DNA of 64,000 nt from contig CAYFWW010000013.1 of the NCBI GenBank assembly GCA_964346985.1, positions 3,465-67,464 of the forward strand. The letters are read 5' to 3'. The position numbers and the translations under genes were made by a program. Shown piece by piece: positions 36,326 to 45,280 of this stretch. The notes beneath the pieces were generated by a model. The model searched no databases. It was not told the DNA's origin and saw nothing but the letters and a program-made list of their open reading frames with translations. Position 1 is the stretch's first letter; each line of letters starts with the position of its first letter. The DNA is from an uncultured Actinomycetota bacterium (lineage in GTDB: Bacteria > Actinomycetota > Aquicultoria > CAYFWW01).

Positions 36326-37711
36326 TCAAGTATAATTATGTGATTTTATTTCGCTAAGAGAAAGAATCTCTGTTCGTAGTTTAGGAAAAGGACTTTCGGG
36401 GTAGGCAAAAAGATAGCCCTGACCATATCTTGCACCAAGCTGAAGTATTTTGCTATATTCTTCCATGTTTTCGATACCCTCGACAATTACTTTTACATCC
36501 ATTTTTCTTGAAAACTTTATGATTGTTTCAACTAGATTTTGTTTAACACTCTTTTTGTGTATATTTCTTATTAATGACATATCAATTTTTATGAAATCTG
36601 GTTTTACTTCTGCTATAGATTGGAGTCCTGCATAACCTGAACCTACATCATCGACAGCGACTTGAAAACCATATGCTTTAAATAGTTCAAGTGATTGCCT
36701 GAAAAGGGTATAATCTTTTATGGCTGTTCTTTCAGTTATTTCAAAAACTATTCTTTCCGGAGCCAAGCCAATATTTTCCAGAAATTTTGTTGTCTCTTTG
36801 CTTCTAAACTGAGGATCATTCATTGCATCAGGGTCAATGTTTAGAAAAAATAGTTGATCCTTATTCAATTTACAAGCTTCCATTAAGGCTTTTTCTCGGC
36901 AGACTCTTTCTAATCGCCAAACTAAGTCAGCTTCATATGCTACTTTAAAGAGTTTGTCAGGATGTTCGAATTCACCTTTTGGCCCTCGGCTTAAAGCTTC
37001 GTAACCTATTACTTTCTTATTATCAAAATCAATAATTGGTTGAAAGACTGTAGAGATTTTTTTACTGCGTATTATATCTCTTAATCTGCGTTTTCTGTTT
37101 TCATAATCTCTTGTTTCCTGAAGAGTAGAGTCTTGTAAAGCTTCTTCTAGTGCTCTATAGATTAATCGTTCGAGCCTTACAGAGATATCGTAATCAATAA
37201 TTGAACAGCCGATGAAACAACCAAATTTTTGAAAAAGTGAATCTTCGACTCTTTCTTTTAGATATTTCTTTAATTGATTTGCTATCCTTAATCGAACCTT
37301 ATCCAAGTCTTCAAACTCATACCAATCTTTTGTGCGGGGTGGTGAAAGAAGTAAAACAAAAGCATTTCCACTTACCATTAATTCGGAAACGATATCTTTT
37401 TCACGAAGATAGTTTTGCTTTATATCAGTTAAACATTCCGAAACAATAATAAGAAGATCATCAAAAGCTTTCCAGCCATATATCTCTTCGATTGAGCTAT
37501 ACTTTATAATATTGATATATAGAATTCCTAATTGTCCATAATCAACTAAAGTGTTCTGAATTTCTTTGAAAAGCACTGGTACTGTTGGTAGATCGGTAAC
37601 ACTGTCAAATAATAGCTCTGCCAATCTATCATTAACTGATGTTGAAGCTGAAATATCTAGCCAGCTTTTTATCATTTGTGTTTTTTTATTCAGTCTTTTT
37701 TTGCTAGTCAT
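36326..37711 (-). CDS. c-di-GMP phosphodiesterase: degenerate GGDEF (SGNAF) + EAL domains
   Basis: EAL core QPIIDFDNKKVIGYEALSRGP and DDVGSGYAGL. N-terminal GGDEF-like region with the GGDEF motif degenerated to VSGNAFVLL. The ATG at 37711 is likelier than the TTG at 37762. Confidence 0.75.
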   Translation of the reverse strand: MTSKKRLNKKTQMIKSWLDISASTSVNDRLAELLFDSVTDLPTVPVLFKEIQNTLVDYGQLGILYINIIKYSSIEEIYGWKAFDDLLIIVSECLTDIKQNYLREKDIVSELMVSGNAFVLLLSPPRTKDWYEFEDLDKVRLRIANQLKKYLKERVEDSLFQKFGCFIGCSIIDYDISVRLERLIYRALEEALQDSTLQETRDYENRKRRLRDIIRSKKISTVFQPIIDFDNKKVIGYEALSRGPKGEFEHPDKLFKVAYEADLVWRLERVCREKALMEACKLNKDQLFFLNIDPDAMNDPQFRSKETTKFLENIGLAPERIVFEITERTAIKDYTLFRQSLELFKAYGFQVAVDDVGSGYAGLQSIAEVKPDFIKIDMSLIRNIHKKSVKQNLVETIIKFSRKMDVKVIVEGIENMEEYSKILQLGARYGQGYLFAYPESPFPKLRTEILSLSEIKSHNYT

Positions 37712-37846
37712 ACTAACCCATTCAACCAAGTGGTATCTTATATAATATCGGCATATGGGCAAATCCTCTTTAATAAAATTTACATTGCTGAATGTTTTTT
37801 ATATTATTCAATCAGATACTTACAAGCTAAGACTAAAGGATTTAAA

Positions 37847-38914
37847 GTGAGGTTATTTAGAAAGAAAGACCGCGGTCCGGAAATTTTAGATATTCAGACA
37901 AAGCTGGTTGCTTTAGGTTACAAAATTGGCTCAAGTGGCCCTGATGGTGTTTTTGGACAAAAGACTGAGGAAGCAATAAGGAAATTTCAGAAAGATAGAA
38001 ATATCAACGTAGACGGAATTGTCGGCCCAGACACTTGGCAGAAACTAGTCGAAGCCTCCTATCATCTTGGGGATAGAACATTATATCTACATTCTCCATT
38101 TCTTCGCGGTGATGATATTCATAAATTGCAAACAATCTTAAACTCGATGGGATTTAATTGTGGAATGATTGATGGCATATTCGGTCCAAAGACTGAAGAA
38201 TCAGTTCGTGAATTTCAGAAAAGCACCGGTATTCAATCTGATGGAATTGTCGGTACTTCAACTATTCAAGCACTAAAGAATCTCAGGAGATTACATGAAA
38301 AGGAAATAGTTACGGAACACCCCGGTATTAAAAATGATAAGCAAGTAGCTGCTTTTAAGATATTTGAAGGCCGTAGAATAGTAATCGACTATTTAATTGA
38401 ACCTGGAGATATTGTTACTACTTTTGATGATAAGCTAGCTAAAAAATTTATAGAGGAAATCGCTCTTCGTGTAGGTAATCTCATTAATCTTATTGGTGGT
38501 GAAGCAAAATTGTTTTTCCGGCCAGGCCGATATGGTTCATTGATTAGAAGAATTAGAAAGATAAACCGTACTAGGCCTGATGTCATAATTGTAGTTAGCC
38601 TATTTCAGAATAATGATAAAGATATTTCATGCCAGATTAATTACTTTCAAGAAGGAAATTATGTTTCAAAAAATGGATTTCGGCTCGCTGAATGTGTAGA
38701 AGAAAACTTAAATGAATTGAAGAATAAGAATAGAGGGATTTTACTGGGAGATAGTTCAAATATACTTAAAAAAACTTTAGCCCCGGCCATTATAGCCAGA
38801 ATTATTAATTTAGCAGATCAAGATGAGATTAGTTTAGTTGATGATGAAATCTATCGTCAGAAAATAGCAGTTGCACTTTTTGATGGTTTAAAATTATATT
38901 TTTCCGAAGAATAA
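37847..38914 (+). CDS. Protein with three peptidoglycan-binding (PG_binding_1) repeats and a C-terminal degenerate amidase_3-like domain
   Basis: Three copies of GxxGPDGVFGQKTEEAIRKFQ/..DGIFGPKTEESVREFQ. The C-terminus (DVIIVVSLFQNND...) resembles MurNAc-LAA but lacks the GHGG/His metal ligands. GTG start at 37847 with an AAAGGA RBS. Confidence 0.6.
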   Translation: MRLFRKKDRGPEILDIQTKLVALGYKIGSSGPDGVFGQKTEEAIRKFQKDRNINVDGIVGPDTWQKLVEASYHLGDRTLYLHSPFLRGDDIHKLQTILNSMGFNCGMIDGIFGPKTEESVREFQKSTGIQSDGIVGTSTIQALKNLRRLHEKEIVTEHPGIKNDKQVAAFKIFEGRRIVIDYLIEPGDIVTTFDDKLAKKFIEEIALRVGNLINLIGGEAKLFFRPGRYGSLIRRIRKINRTRPDVIIVVSLFQNNDKDISCQINYFQEGNYVSKNGFRLAECVEENLNELKNKNRGILLGDSSNILKKTLAPAIIARIINLADQDEISLVDDEIYRQKIAVALFDGLKLYFSEE

Positions 38915-38917
38915 AAA

Positions 38918-39325
38918 ATGATTGAGGAATATTCAATATCTATAAAAACCAATAATAATATTGAGTTAATTGATATAACTTCAAAAATTAAAGAAGTAGT
39001 CTCCTCAAGTAAGATAAGAAATGGCTTAATAAATGTTTTTTCGCCTCATACGACTACAGCAATCTTTATAAATGAATCTGAATCAAGATTGATTAATGAT
39101 CTTGAGGATGGCTTATATCAATTGATAGATTGGAAAAAAGATTATCAACACAACCAGATTGACCGTAATGCACCGGCTCACCTATTATCAGCTTATATAG
39201 GGTGCCAAAAGACCATAAATATCAGTGCTAATAAGCTTCGTTTAGGAACCTGGCAAGCGATATTTTTTATCGAACTTGATGGCCCCAGGCATAGATTGGT
39301 TGACCTTCAAATATTGGGAGAATGA
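38918..39325 (+). CDS. YjbQ/UPF0047 family protein
   Basis: GLINVFSPHTTTAIFINE...PAHLLSAYIG...LGTWQAIFFIELDGPRHR. Confidence 0.8.
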   Translation: MIEEYSISIKTNNNIELIDITSKIKEVVSSSKIRNGLINVFSPHTTTAIFINESESRLINDLEDGLYQLIDWKKDYQHNQIDRNAPAHLLSAYIGCQKTINISANKLRLGTWQAIFFIELDGPRHRLVDLQILGE

Positions 39326-40362
39326 TGCAGAATAAATTGGCAATTATCTCTGATGAAAGATTTTTAAATCATATACCGGCCTCTTATCATCCCGAAAACC
39401 CCGAAAGGCTGAAGGCAATAATTAATAAGTTGAATAAAACTGAACTCTGGGATAAGTTTGTTTTTATTGAGCCTCGCCAAGCGACAATTGAAGAGATTAG
39501 CCTAGTTCATACAGAAGACCATTTTTATACAGTGCAAAAAGCTTGTCAAAGTGGAATGAATCTGGATCTCGATACTTATACATCAAGTGGAAGCTGGGAA
39601 GCGGCATTACTTGCAGTCGGGAGCCACTTAAATGCAGTAGACGAAATTATCAATAGAAAAGTGGAAACTGTTTATGCTTTGACCCGTCCTCCCGGTCATC
39701 ATGCAAGAACAAATCAAGCTATGGGTTTTTGTCTTTTTAATAATATTGCTATAGCTGCAAGATATTCAATAAAAAAAGGCCTTAAACGAATAGTGATTAT
39801 TGACTGGGATGCTCATCATGGGAATGGAACGCAAGAGATCTTCTATAGCAATCAAGAGATTTTATATATATCCTTTCATCAATTTCCCCATTTTCCGGGA
39901 AGTGGAACGATTGAAGAATCCGGCCGAGGGAATGGTTTGGGATATAATATTAATTTTCCTTTTCCTCCAAATACAAATGGTATAGCTTATAGGAAGGCGA
40001 TAAAGAAAGTTGTTGAACCAGTATTAATTCAGTTTAAACCAGAGCTTATAATGGTTTCTGCTGGTTATGATGGCCATTTTCAGGATCCTTTGAGCTCATT
40101 AATGTTAAGGGAAGAAGATTTTAGTTGGTTCGGAAGCTGGTTAAAGAATTATCAAGAAAAAAGTGAAAGTATTGGAATTCTCATGACTCTTGAAGGAGGC
40201 TATCAGTTACAAGCACTGGCTAACAGCCTCTACCAAACAATTAATTCTTTGATAGATCAAGATGGATACTATGACTTGGGAAACAAACAAAAAATCCAAG
40301 AAAATTCCTTAGAAATAATAACTAAGGTTATTAAACAGTTTTGCCGATATTGGAGTTTGTAA
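39322..40362 (+). CDS. Histone deacetylase-family enzyme (AcuC/acetylpolyamine amidohydrolase-like)
   Basis: IIDWDAHHGNGTQEIF and the GFC...N zinc/active-site motifs. Confidence 0.85.
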   Translation: MMQNKLAIISDERFLNHIPASYHPENPERLKAIINKLNKTELWDKFVFIEPRQATIEEISLVHTEDHFYTVQKACQSGMNLDLDTYTSSGSWEAALLAVGSHLNAVDEIINRKVETVYALTRPPGHHARTNQAMGFCLFNNIAIAARYSIKKGLKRIVIIDWDAHHGNGTQEIFYSNQEILYISFHQFPHFPGSGTIEESGRGNGLGYNINFPFPPNTNGIAYRKAIKKVVEPVLIQFKPELIMVSAGYDGHFQDPLSSLMLREEDFSWFGSWLKNYQEKSESIGILMTLEGGYQLQALANSLYQTINSLIDQDGYYDLGNKQKIQENSLEIITKVIKQFCRYWSL

Positions 40363-40404
40363 AAAGTAAAATAGTATATATATATAACGGAGATTATTTA
40401 TAAA

Positions 40405-41565
40405 ATGGATCTCGATGCTTTATTAAAAGCGATGGTTGAAAAAGATGCTTCTGACTTGCATTTAAAAGTTGGTAGCCCTCCTTGTATGCGTATTCATGGT
40501 GAACTTTATTTAACAAAACTTCCAAGGATAGATGCCGTTCAAAATGAAAAGATAGCAATGGATATAATGACTGAGACTTTGAAAGAAAGATTCAGAGAAA
40601 AGAACGAAGTCGACTTCGCATACAGCTTATCGGGAGTTGGAAGATTTAGGGTTAATATATTCAAACAAAGGGGAAGCATAGGAATGACCCTAAGACGGGT
40701 TACTATAGTAAGGCCAACAATTGAAGAATTGGGATTGCCTGATATTGTCAGCAAATTATCCGAAGAATCACGGGGTTTAATATTAGTGACCGGCACAGCA
40801 GGTAGCGGAAAGACGACCACGCTTGCTGCAATGATAGACCATATTAATCATACCAATAGAGCTCATATTGTTACGATTGAAGATCCAATTGAAGTATTGC
40901 ATCGTGATGATAAAAGTATAATTAACCAGAGAGAGATTGGTATAGATACAGATTCATATGAAGATGCTTTAAAACATGTCGTGCGGCAAGATCCTGATGT
41001 TATATTAATTGGTGAAATGAGAGATAAAGAAACTGTTAGGGCAGCTTTAAGTGCAGCTGAGACTGGACATCTTGTATTAAGCTCTTTACATACAATTGAT
41101 TCAACAGAAACAATAAACAGAATAATCGATTTTTTCCCTCCTTACCAGCAAAAACAAGTCAGATTAATGATGGCCTCTACGATAAGGGGCATAATTTCAT
41201 TAAGGCTTTTATCTAAAGTCGGAGGTGGCAGAATCCCTGCAGTTGAAGTGATGGTTTCTACTGGCACAATCAGAGAATATATTGTTAATGAAGAAGAAAC
41301 CAGCTTGATAATTGATGCTATTGAACAAGGGGAGTATTATGGCATGCAAACTTTTGATCAAAGCCTGATAGATTTATATGAGAATAAGCTTATTGTCTTA
41401 GATGAGGCTGTAAATAATGCCTCAAATCCACATAATTTTAAACTGAAACTGAATCAATTAGAAATAAAAGATACTGATAGTTTTGAAGAAGAGGAAATAG
41501 ACAAAGAAAATGATAGTGCACCGCAACCTGCTGAGAGAGGGACCGGCGATAGTTTCTTTCCATAA
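40405..41565 (+). CDS. pilT: PilT/PilU-family type IV pilus retraction ATPase (paralog 1; diverged AIRNLIRE motif, acidic C-terminal tail)
   Basis: LVTGTAGSGKTTTLAAMI Walker A, IVTIEDPIE, ILIGEMRD, GHLVLSSLHT; C-terminal GTIREYIVNEE instead of AIRNLIRE. Confidence 0.85.
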   Translation: MDLDALLKAMVEKDASDLHLKVGSPPCMRIHGELYLTKLPRIDAVQNEKIAMDIMTETLKERFREKNEVDFAYSLSGVGRFRVNIFKQRGSIGMTLRRVTIVRPTIEELGLPDIVSKLSEESRGLILVTGTAGSGKTTTLAAMIDHINHTNRAHIVTIEDPIEVLHRDDKSIINQREIGIDTDSYEDALKHVVRQDPDVILIGEMRDKETVRAALSAAETGHLVLSSLHTIDSTETINRIIDFFPPYQQKQVRLMMASTIRGIISLRLLSKVGGGRIPAVEVMVSTGTIREYIVNEEETSLIIDAIEQGEYYGMQTFDQSLIDLYENKLIVLDEAVNNASNPHNFKLKLNQLEIKDTDSFEEEEIDKENDSAPQPAERGTGDSFFP

Positions 41566-41704
41566 TTTTTAATTTAATCTATCTTTTATTTTATCCTCGC
41601 CTTATTAATTATTAAATTTAATTTCTCAGGAAATAATTCCAAATAGACCTATAATTTTTCTTACTTTTTTTTAAATTTCAAACATAGATTAAAAACAGAT
41701 TCAA

Positions 41705-41754
41705 TTGACAATTTTAAGGATTTATAATAATATATTAATACCCTAAGGGGTATA
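41705..41754 (+). promoter_or_regulatory. Sigma70-type promoter (TTGACA-17nt-TAATAT) with a 6-4-6 palindrome (ATACCC TAAG GGGTAT) over the predicted transcription start
   Basis: -35 at 41705-41710, -10 at 41728-41733, inverted repeat at 41738-41753, about 30 nt upstream of the fmdB-like ATG. Confidence 0.5.
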
Positions 41755-41785
41755 TTAAAGGATATCTGAAAGGAATATAAATTAT

Positions 41786-41992
41786 ATGCCAACTTATGAA
41801 TTTTTTTGTCATGCATGTATGAGAAGATTTGAAATGTTTTTGCCAAGAGTCATAAAAGAAGAGGAAAAAGTTTGCCCTAATTGCCAAAGTAAAGAAGTAA
41901 AGCAAATTTTCAGTAATGAAATTCAAGCAAATCTTAATAAATTATTTGGATCCGATGGTGGATGCGGTCCAAGTTTTGGAGGGTTTGGTTGA
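41786..41992 (+). CDS. FmdB-family zinc-ribbon protein
   Basis: MPTYEFFCHAC...CPNC, the typical FmdB N-terminus and CxxC pairs; Gly-rich tail. Confidence 0.7.
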   Translation: MPTYEFFCHACMRRFEMFLPRVIKEEEKVCPNCQSKEVKQIFSNEIQANLNKLFGSDGGCGPSFGGFG

Positions 41993-42024
41993 GGTTAATT
42001 TTCGGTTAGTTTAACCGAAATAAT

Positions 42025-42438
42025 TTGATAAAAATGAAAGATAATAATTATTTGTATTGTAGAGAATCAGAATATAGATTTAACGAAGCAATTGAAATAA
42101 TATTAAGTAAAGTTGAGGAATTTGGATTTAGCCTACAATATATTCATGATGTTAAAAAATCTTTGGCCGATAAGGGAAAAGAGATAGATTCACTAAAAAT
42201 CATTGAAGTCTGTAATGTGAAATATGCTAGTCAGGCTCTTAACCAAGATAAGTTAATAAGTCTGATGATGCCTTGAAAGATTAATGTTATTAAAAACAAA
42301 GATAATATTAAAGTTTGTACCTTAAAAGCTTCTTCTTTAGTTAGATTCTTTCCTCAAAGTGACCTCAAAAGCATAGCTAATGAGATAGACCAGAAACTCA
42401 TGGCAATAGTTGACAGTTCTTCTGACAAGAAGCTTTAA
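42025..42438 (+). CDS. DUF302-like protein interrupted by an in-frame TGA (42274-42276): selenocysteine candidate or pseudogene
   Basis: The 83-aa ORF ends ...LISLMMP-TGA and the same frame continues KINVIKNKDNIKVCTLKASSLVRFFPQSD...DKKL to TAA at 42436. The combined length (137 codons) and EEFGFSLQYIHDV...CNVKYA pattern fit DUF302. Confidence 0.4.
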
Positions 42439-42622
42439 GCTAGGTCATGGTTTACCGGATATTTCTATTCTCTATTATAGGTGGATTTATTGGTTTTTGT
42501 TTTATTATTATTTCAAGAAAGTTAGGTTTTATGAGGCCTAACCTGCAATTCCTGGTTCGGTTTAATATACGGATTTTTGCTCGGATTAATAATTGCTCTA
42601 GGTTAATCTATACTTTTATGGA

Positions 42623-42814
42623 GTGAAAAAAGGTATATATAAGCTTACTAAACTAAATGAGAGATTGGAAGATCTTCTAGAAGAACGTGATTTTGTTTTA
42701 AGTCCATCTGTAGTTCATCTGTCAGCTGGGATTGTTAAAAAATATGAATGGGAAATACATAACCTTGAGGAAAAAATTATAGCGTTAGAAGAATTTAATA
42801 GTAAGATAATATAA
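42623..42814 (+). CDS. Hypothetical 63-aa coiled-coil protein
   Basis: ORF only; weak RBS. Confidence 0.3.
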   Translation: MKKGIYKLTKLNERLEDLLEERDFVLSPSVVHLSAGIVKKYEWEIHNLEEKIIALEEFNSKII

Positions 42815-42877
42815 AAATCAATATTTTACTATAAGGTATTTGCCCTTTTATTCCGATAATTATTTATAATAACAATT

Positions 42878-44089
42878 TTGGATAAAGGGTTTTATTTTAT
42901 GGAAGAAGTCTTAAAAGAAGAGTATTATTCGCCTGACCAGAATAAAAATGACGAAGCTCCAGCTGAATCAGAGGGAGCTTTTAATAATGGAAAAACTGAA
43001 ATCGTCCTTGATGATTTACTAAAAGAAATGGTTGATAAAAGTGGTTCAGATCTTCACATCAAGGTCGGACAACCTCCTGTAGTTAGAATTCATGGAATGT
43101 TAAAAAGATTAGAGAATTATTGTGAATTTACTAATTCATTAGCTGAAGAACTGATTTTCAGTATTTTAAATGATGAAAGAAAAGAGATTTTATCGAAAGA
43201 AAAAGAATTAGATCTTGCTTATTCTATTTCAGGAGTTGCTAGGTTTAGAGTAAACATTTTCTTTCAGAAGGAAAATATTGGTGCCGTATTTAGAGTAATA
43301 CCTTTTGATATAAAAAGTTTTGATGATTTAGGTATTCCGGAAATAGCAAAAGAATTATGCGAATATTCAAACGGTTTAATATTAGTGACCGGGCCAACTG
43401 GTAGTGGTAAGTCCACAACATTAGCGGCTATGATTGATTATATTAACAGTAATAATAAAAAACATATTGTAACTATAGAAGACCCAATTGAGTTTCTCCA
43501 TCGTGATAAAAAGAGTGCAGTAAATCAAAGGGAAATTGGAGTTGATACGCATTCTTTTGCCTCTGCACTAAAGCATATTCTGCGGCAAAGTCCTGATGTT
43601 ATTCTGGTTGGAGAATTAAGGGATTTAGAAACAATTTCACTGGCAATTACTGCAGCTGAGACAGGACACTTAGTATTTGCTACTCTGCACACTACTGATG
43701 CAGCTCAAACAATTGACAGAATAATAGATGTTTTTTCTCCAGAAGAACAGCAACAAGTACGCTTACAGTTATCGTACACATTGAGAGGAGTCTTATCACA
43801 AACCTTGCTTGCCAGAAAGGATGGAAATGGCCGAGTTGCCGCTTTTGAAATTCTGATCTGCCATTCAGGAATTAGAAATATGATCAGGGAAGGTAAAACA
43901 CATCAAATAAATAATCTAATTCAAACTGGTGGAGAGTTTGGAATGATGTTATTAGATAAAAGCTTGAAAGAATTACTACAACAGAATTTAATAGATTTTG
44001 AAGATGCTCTTGCTAAGTGTTCTAACCCTAAAGACTTTGAAATGTTTCGAATGCAGTTTGGTAATAAGGAAAGATTAAATGCCCGTTGA
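42878..44089 (+). CDS. pilT: PilT-family retraction ATPase (paralog 2; ~45-aa N-terminal extension)
   Basis: LVTGPTGSGKSTTLAAMI, IVTIEDPIEF, GHLVFATLHT, GIRNMIREGKTHQI. Confidence 0.85.
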   Translation: MDKGFYFMEEVLKEEYYSPDQNKNDEAPAESEGAFNNGKTEIVLDDLLKEMVDKSGSDLHIKVGQPPVVRIHGMLKRLENYCEFTNSLAEELIFSILNDERKEILSKEKELDLAYSISGVARFRVNIFFQKENIGAVFRVIPFDIKSFDDLGIPEIAKELCEYSNGLILVTGPTGSGKSTTLAAMIDYINSNNKKHIVTIEDPIEFLHRDKKSAVNQREIGVDTHSFASALKHILRQSPDVILVGELRDLETISLAITAAETGHLVFATLHTTDAAQTIDRIIDVFSPEEQQQVRLQLSYTLRGVLSQTLLARKDGNGRVAAFEILICHSGIRNMIREGKTHQINNLIQTGGEFGMMLLDKSLKELLQQNLIDFEDALAKCSNPKDFEMFRMQFGNKERLNAR

Positions 44090-45176
44090 TAATATAATTA
44101 AATTTTTAAAAACAATGGATGAAAACGAAGCTTCTGATCTTATTTTAAAAGTTGGCACCCCCCCGCTTTTACGAATTGACGGTGAATTAGTTGCTATGGA
44201 TCACTCTAAATTAATGCCGGAAGATACTGAAATATTAGTATCACAAGTATTAAATGATGAAAGAAAGTTAATCTTCGAAGATAAATTGGAATTTGATTTT
44301 GCACATTCGGTTCCAGGATTGTGTAGATTTAGAGTAAATGTGATGCAGCAAAGAAATTCAAAGGGCCTTGTCTTTAGAAGGATTCCCAATGCGATTCCCG
44401 ATATTAATGAGTTGATGCTGCCAGATGTAGTTAAAGAGCTTTCCATGCGACCCAGAGGCCTTGTTCTGGTAACTGGACCTGCTGGAAGTGGAAAGTCCAC
44501 AACATTAGCGGCCATGATAAATTATCGTAGTGAAAATGAAGAATGTCATATTATTACTATTGAGGATCCTATTGAATTTATATATGAGGACAAGAAAGCA
44601 ATAATAAATCAACGGCAAGTTGGCGATGATACGTTATCTTTTAACAATGCTTTGAAATATGTTCTAAGACAGGACCCTGACGTTATTCTTATCGGTGAGA
44701 TGAGAGATCTTGAAACAATATCATTGGCAATAACAGCGGCTGAAACAGGCCACCTTGTTTTAGGCACCCTGCATACTTTGAATGCCTCACAAACTGTAGA
44801 TAGAGTTATCGATGTTTTCCCTGTTCACCAACAGCAACAGATAAGAATGCAAATGTCTGTAAATTTAATCAGCGTAATTTCTCAGACTCTAGTTAAGAAA
44901 AAAGAAGGCAAAGGCAGATTGGCTGCTTTTGAAATAATGTTGGCCACAACAGCTATAAAAAATTCAATTCGTGAAGGAAAAACTCATCAGATTGAACAAT
45001 TAATTCAAACTGGCACCAAACAGGGTTTAATTTCCATGAACCGGTCTCTAGCAGAGATGGTTAAAAAGGATTTATTAAGTAAAGAAGATGCTCTTTTGAA
45101 GTCAACTAATCCCGATGATTTAAATGATATATTAGGCCATATAAATGCAACAGTTAAATCTCAGCCAGAGTTTTAA
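44079..45176 (+). CDS. pilT: PilT-family retraction ATPase (paralog 3)
   Basis: LVTGPAGSGKSTTLAAMI, IITIEDPIEF, GHLVLGTLHT, AIKNSIREGKTHQI; overlaps paralog 2 by 11 nt. Confidence 0.85.
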   Translation: MPVDNIIKFLKTMDENEASDLILKVGTPPLLRIDGELVAMDHSKLMPEDTEILVSQVLNDERKLIFEDKLEFDFAHSVPGLCRFRVNVMQQRNSKGLVFRRIPNAIPDINELMLPDVVKELSMRPRGLVLVTGPAGSGKSTTLAAMINYRSENEECHIITIEDPIEFIYEDKKAIINQRQVGDDTLSFNNALKYVLRQDPDVILIGEMRDLETISLAITAAETGHLVLGTLHTLNASQTVDRVIDVFPVHQQQQIRMQMSVNLISVISQTLVKKKEGKGRLAAFEIMLATTAIKNSIREGKTHQIEQLIQTGTKQGLISMNRSLAEMVKKDLLSKEDALLKSTNPDDLNDILGHINATVKSQPEF

Positions 45177-45280
45177 TTAACTGCAGTTATTTCATCTTTA
45201 AGTACTTCTAAATTATTCTTAAATAAAATTCATTATATACCTGGAATATATTTGTATATGAATTACTTATTAAGACAGGA

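Noticed and set aside
42270-42340. SECIS element downstream of the in-frame TGA in the DUF302-like gene
   Set aside because: Only a weak all-AU hairpin with no G in the loop was seen, so I cannot support a SECIS call. The TGA is reported as a Sec-or-pseudogene candidate, not as a selenoprotein.
42447-42597. Unlisted ~50-aa hydrophobic ORF (MVYRIFLFSIIGGFIGFCFIII...) after the DUF302-like gene
   Set aside because: It is a possible small membrane protein but has only a weak RBS and no supporting features; too uncertain to call.
45177-45215. Palindrome TAACTGCAGTTA after pilT paralog 3 as a terminator
   Set aside because: It is a perfect palindrome with a zero-length loop, so it cannot form a stable RNA hairpin. 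It is more likely a coincidental PstI-like site.
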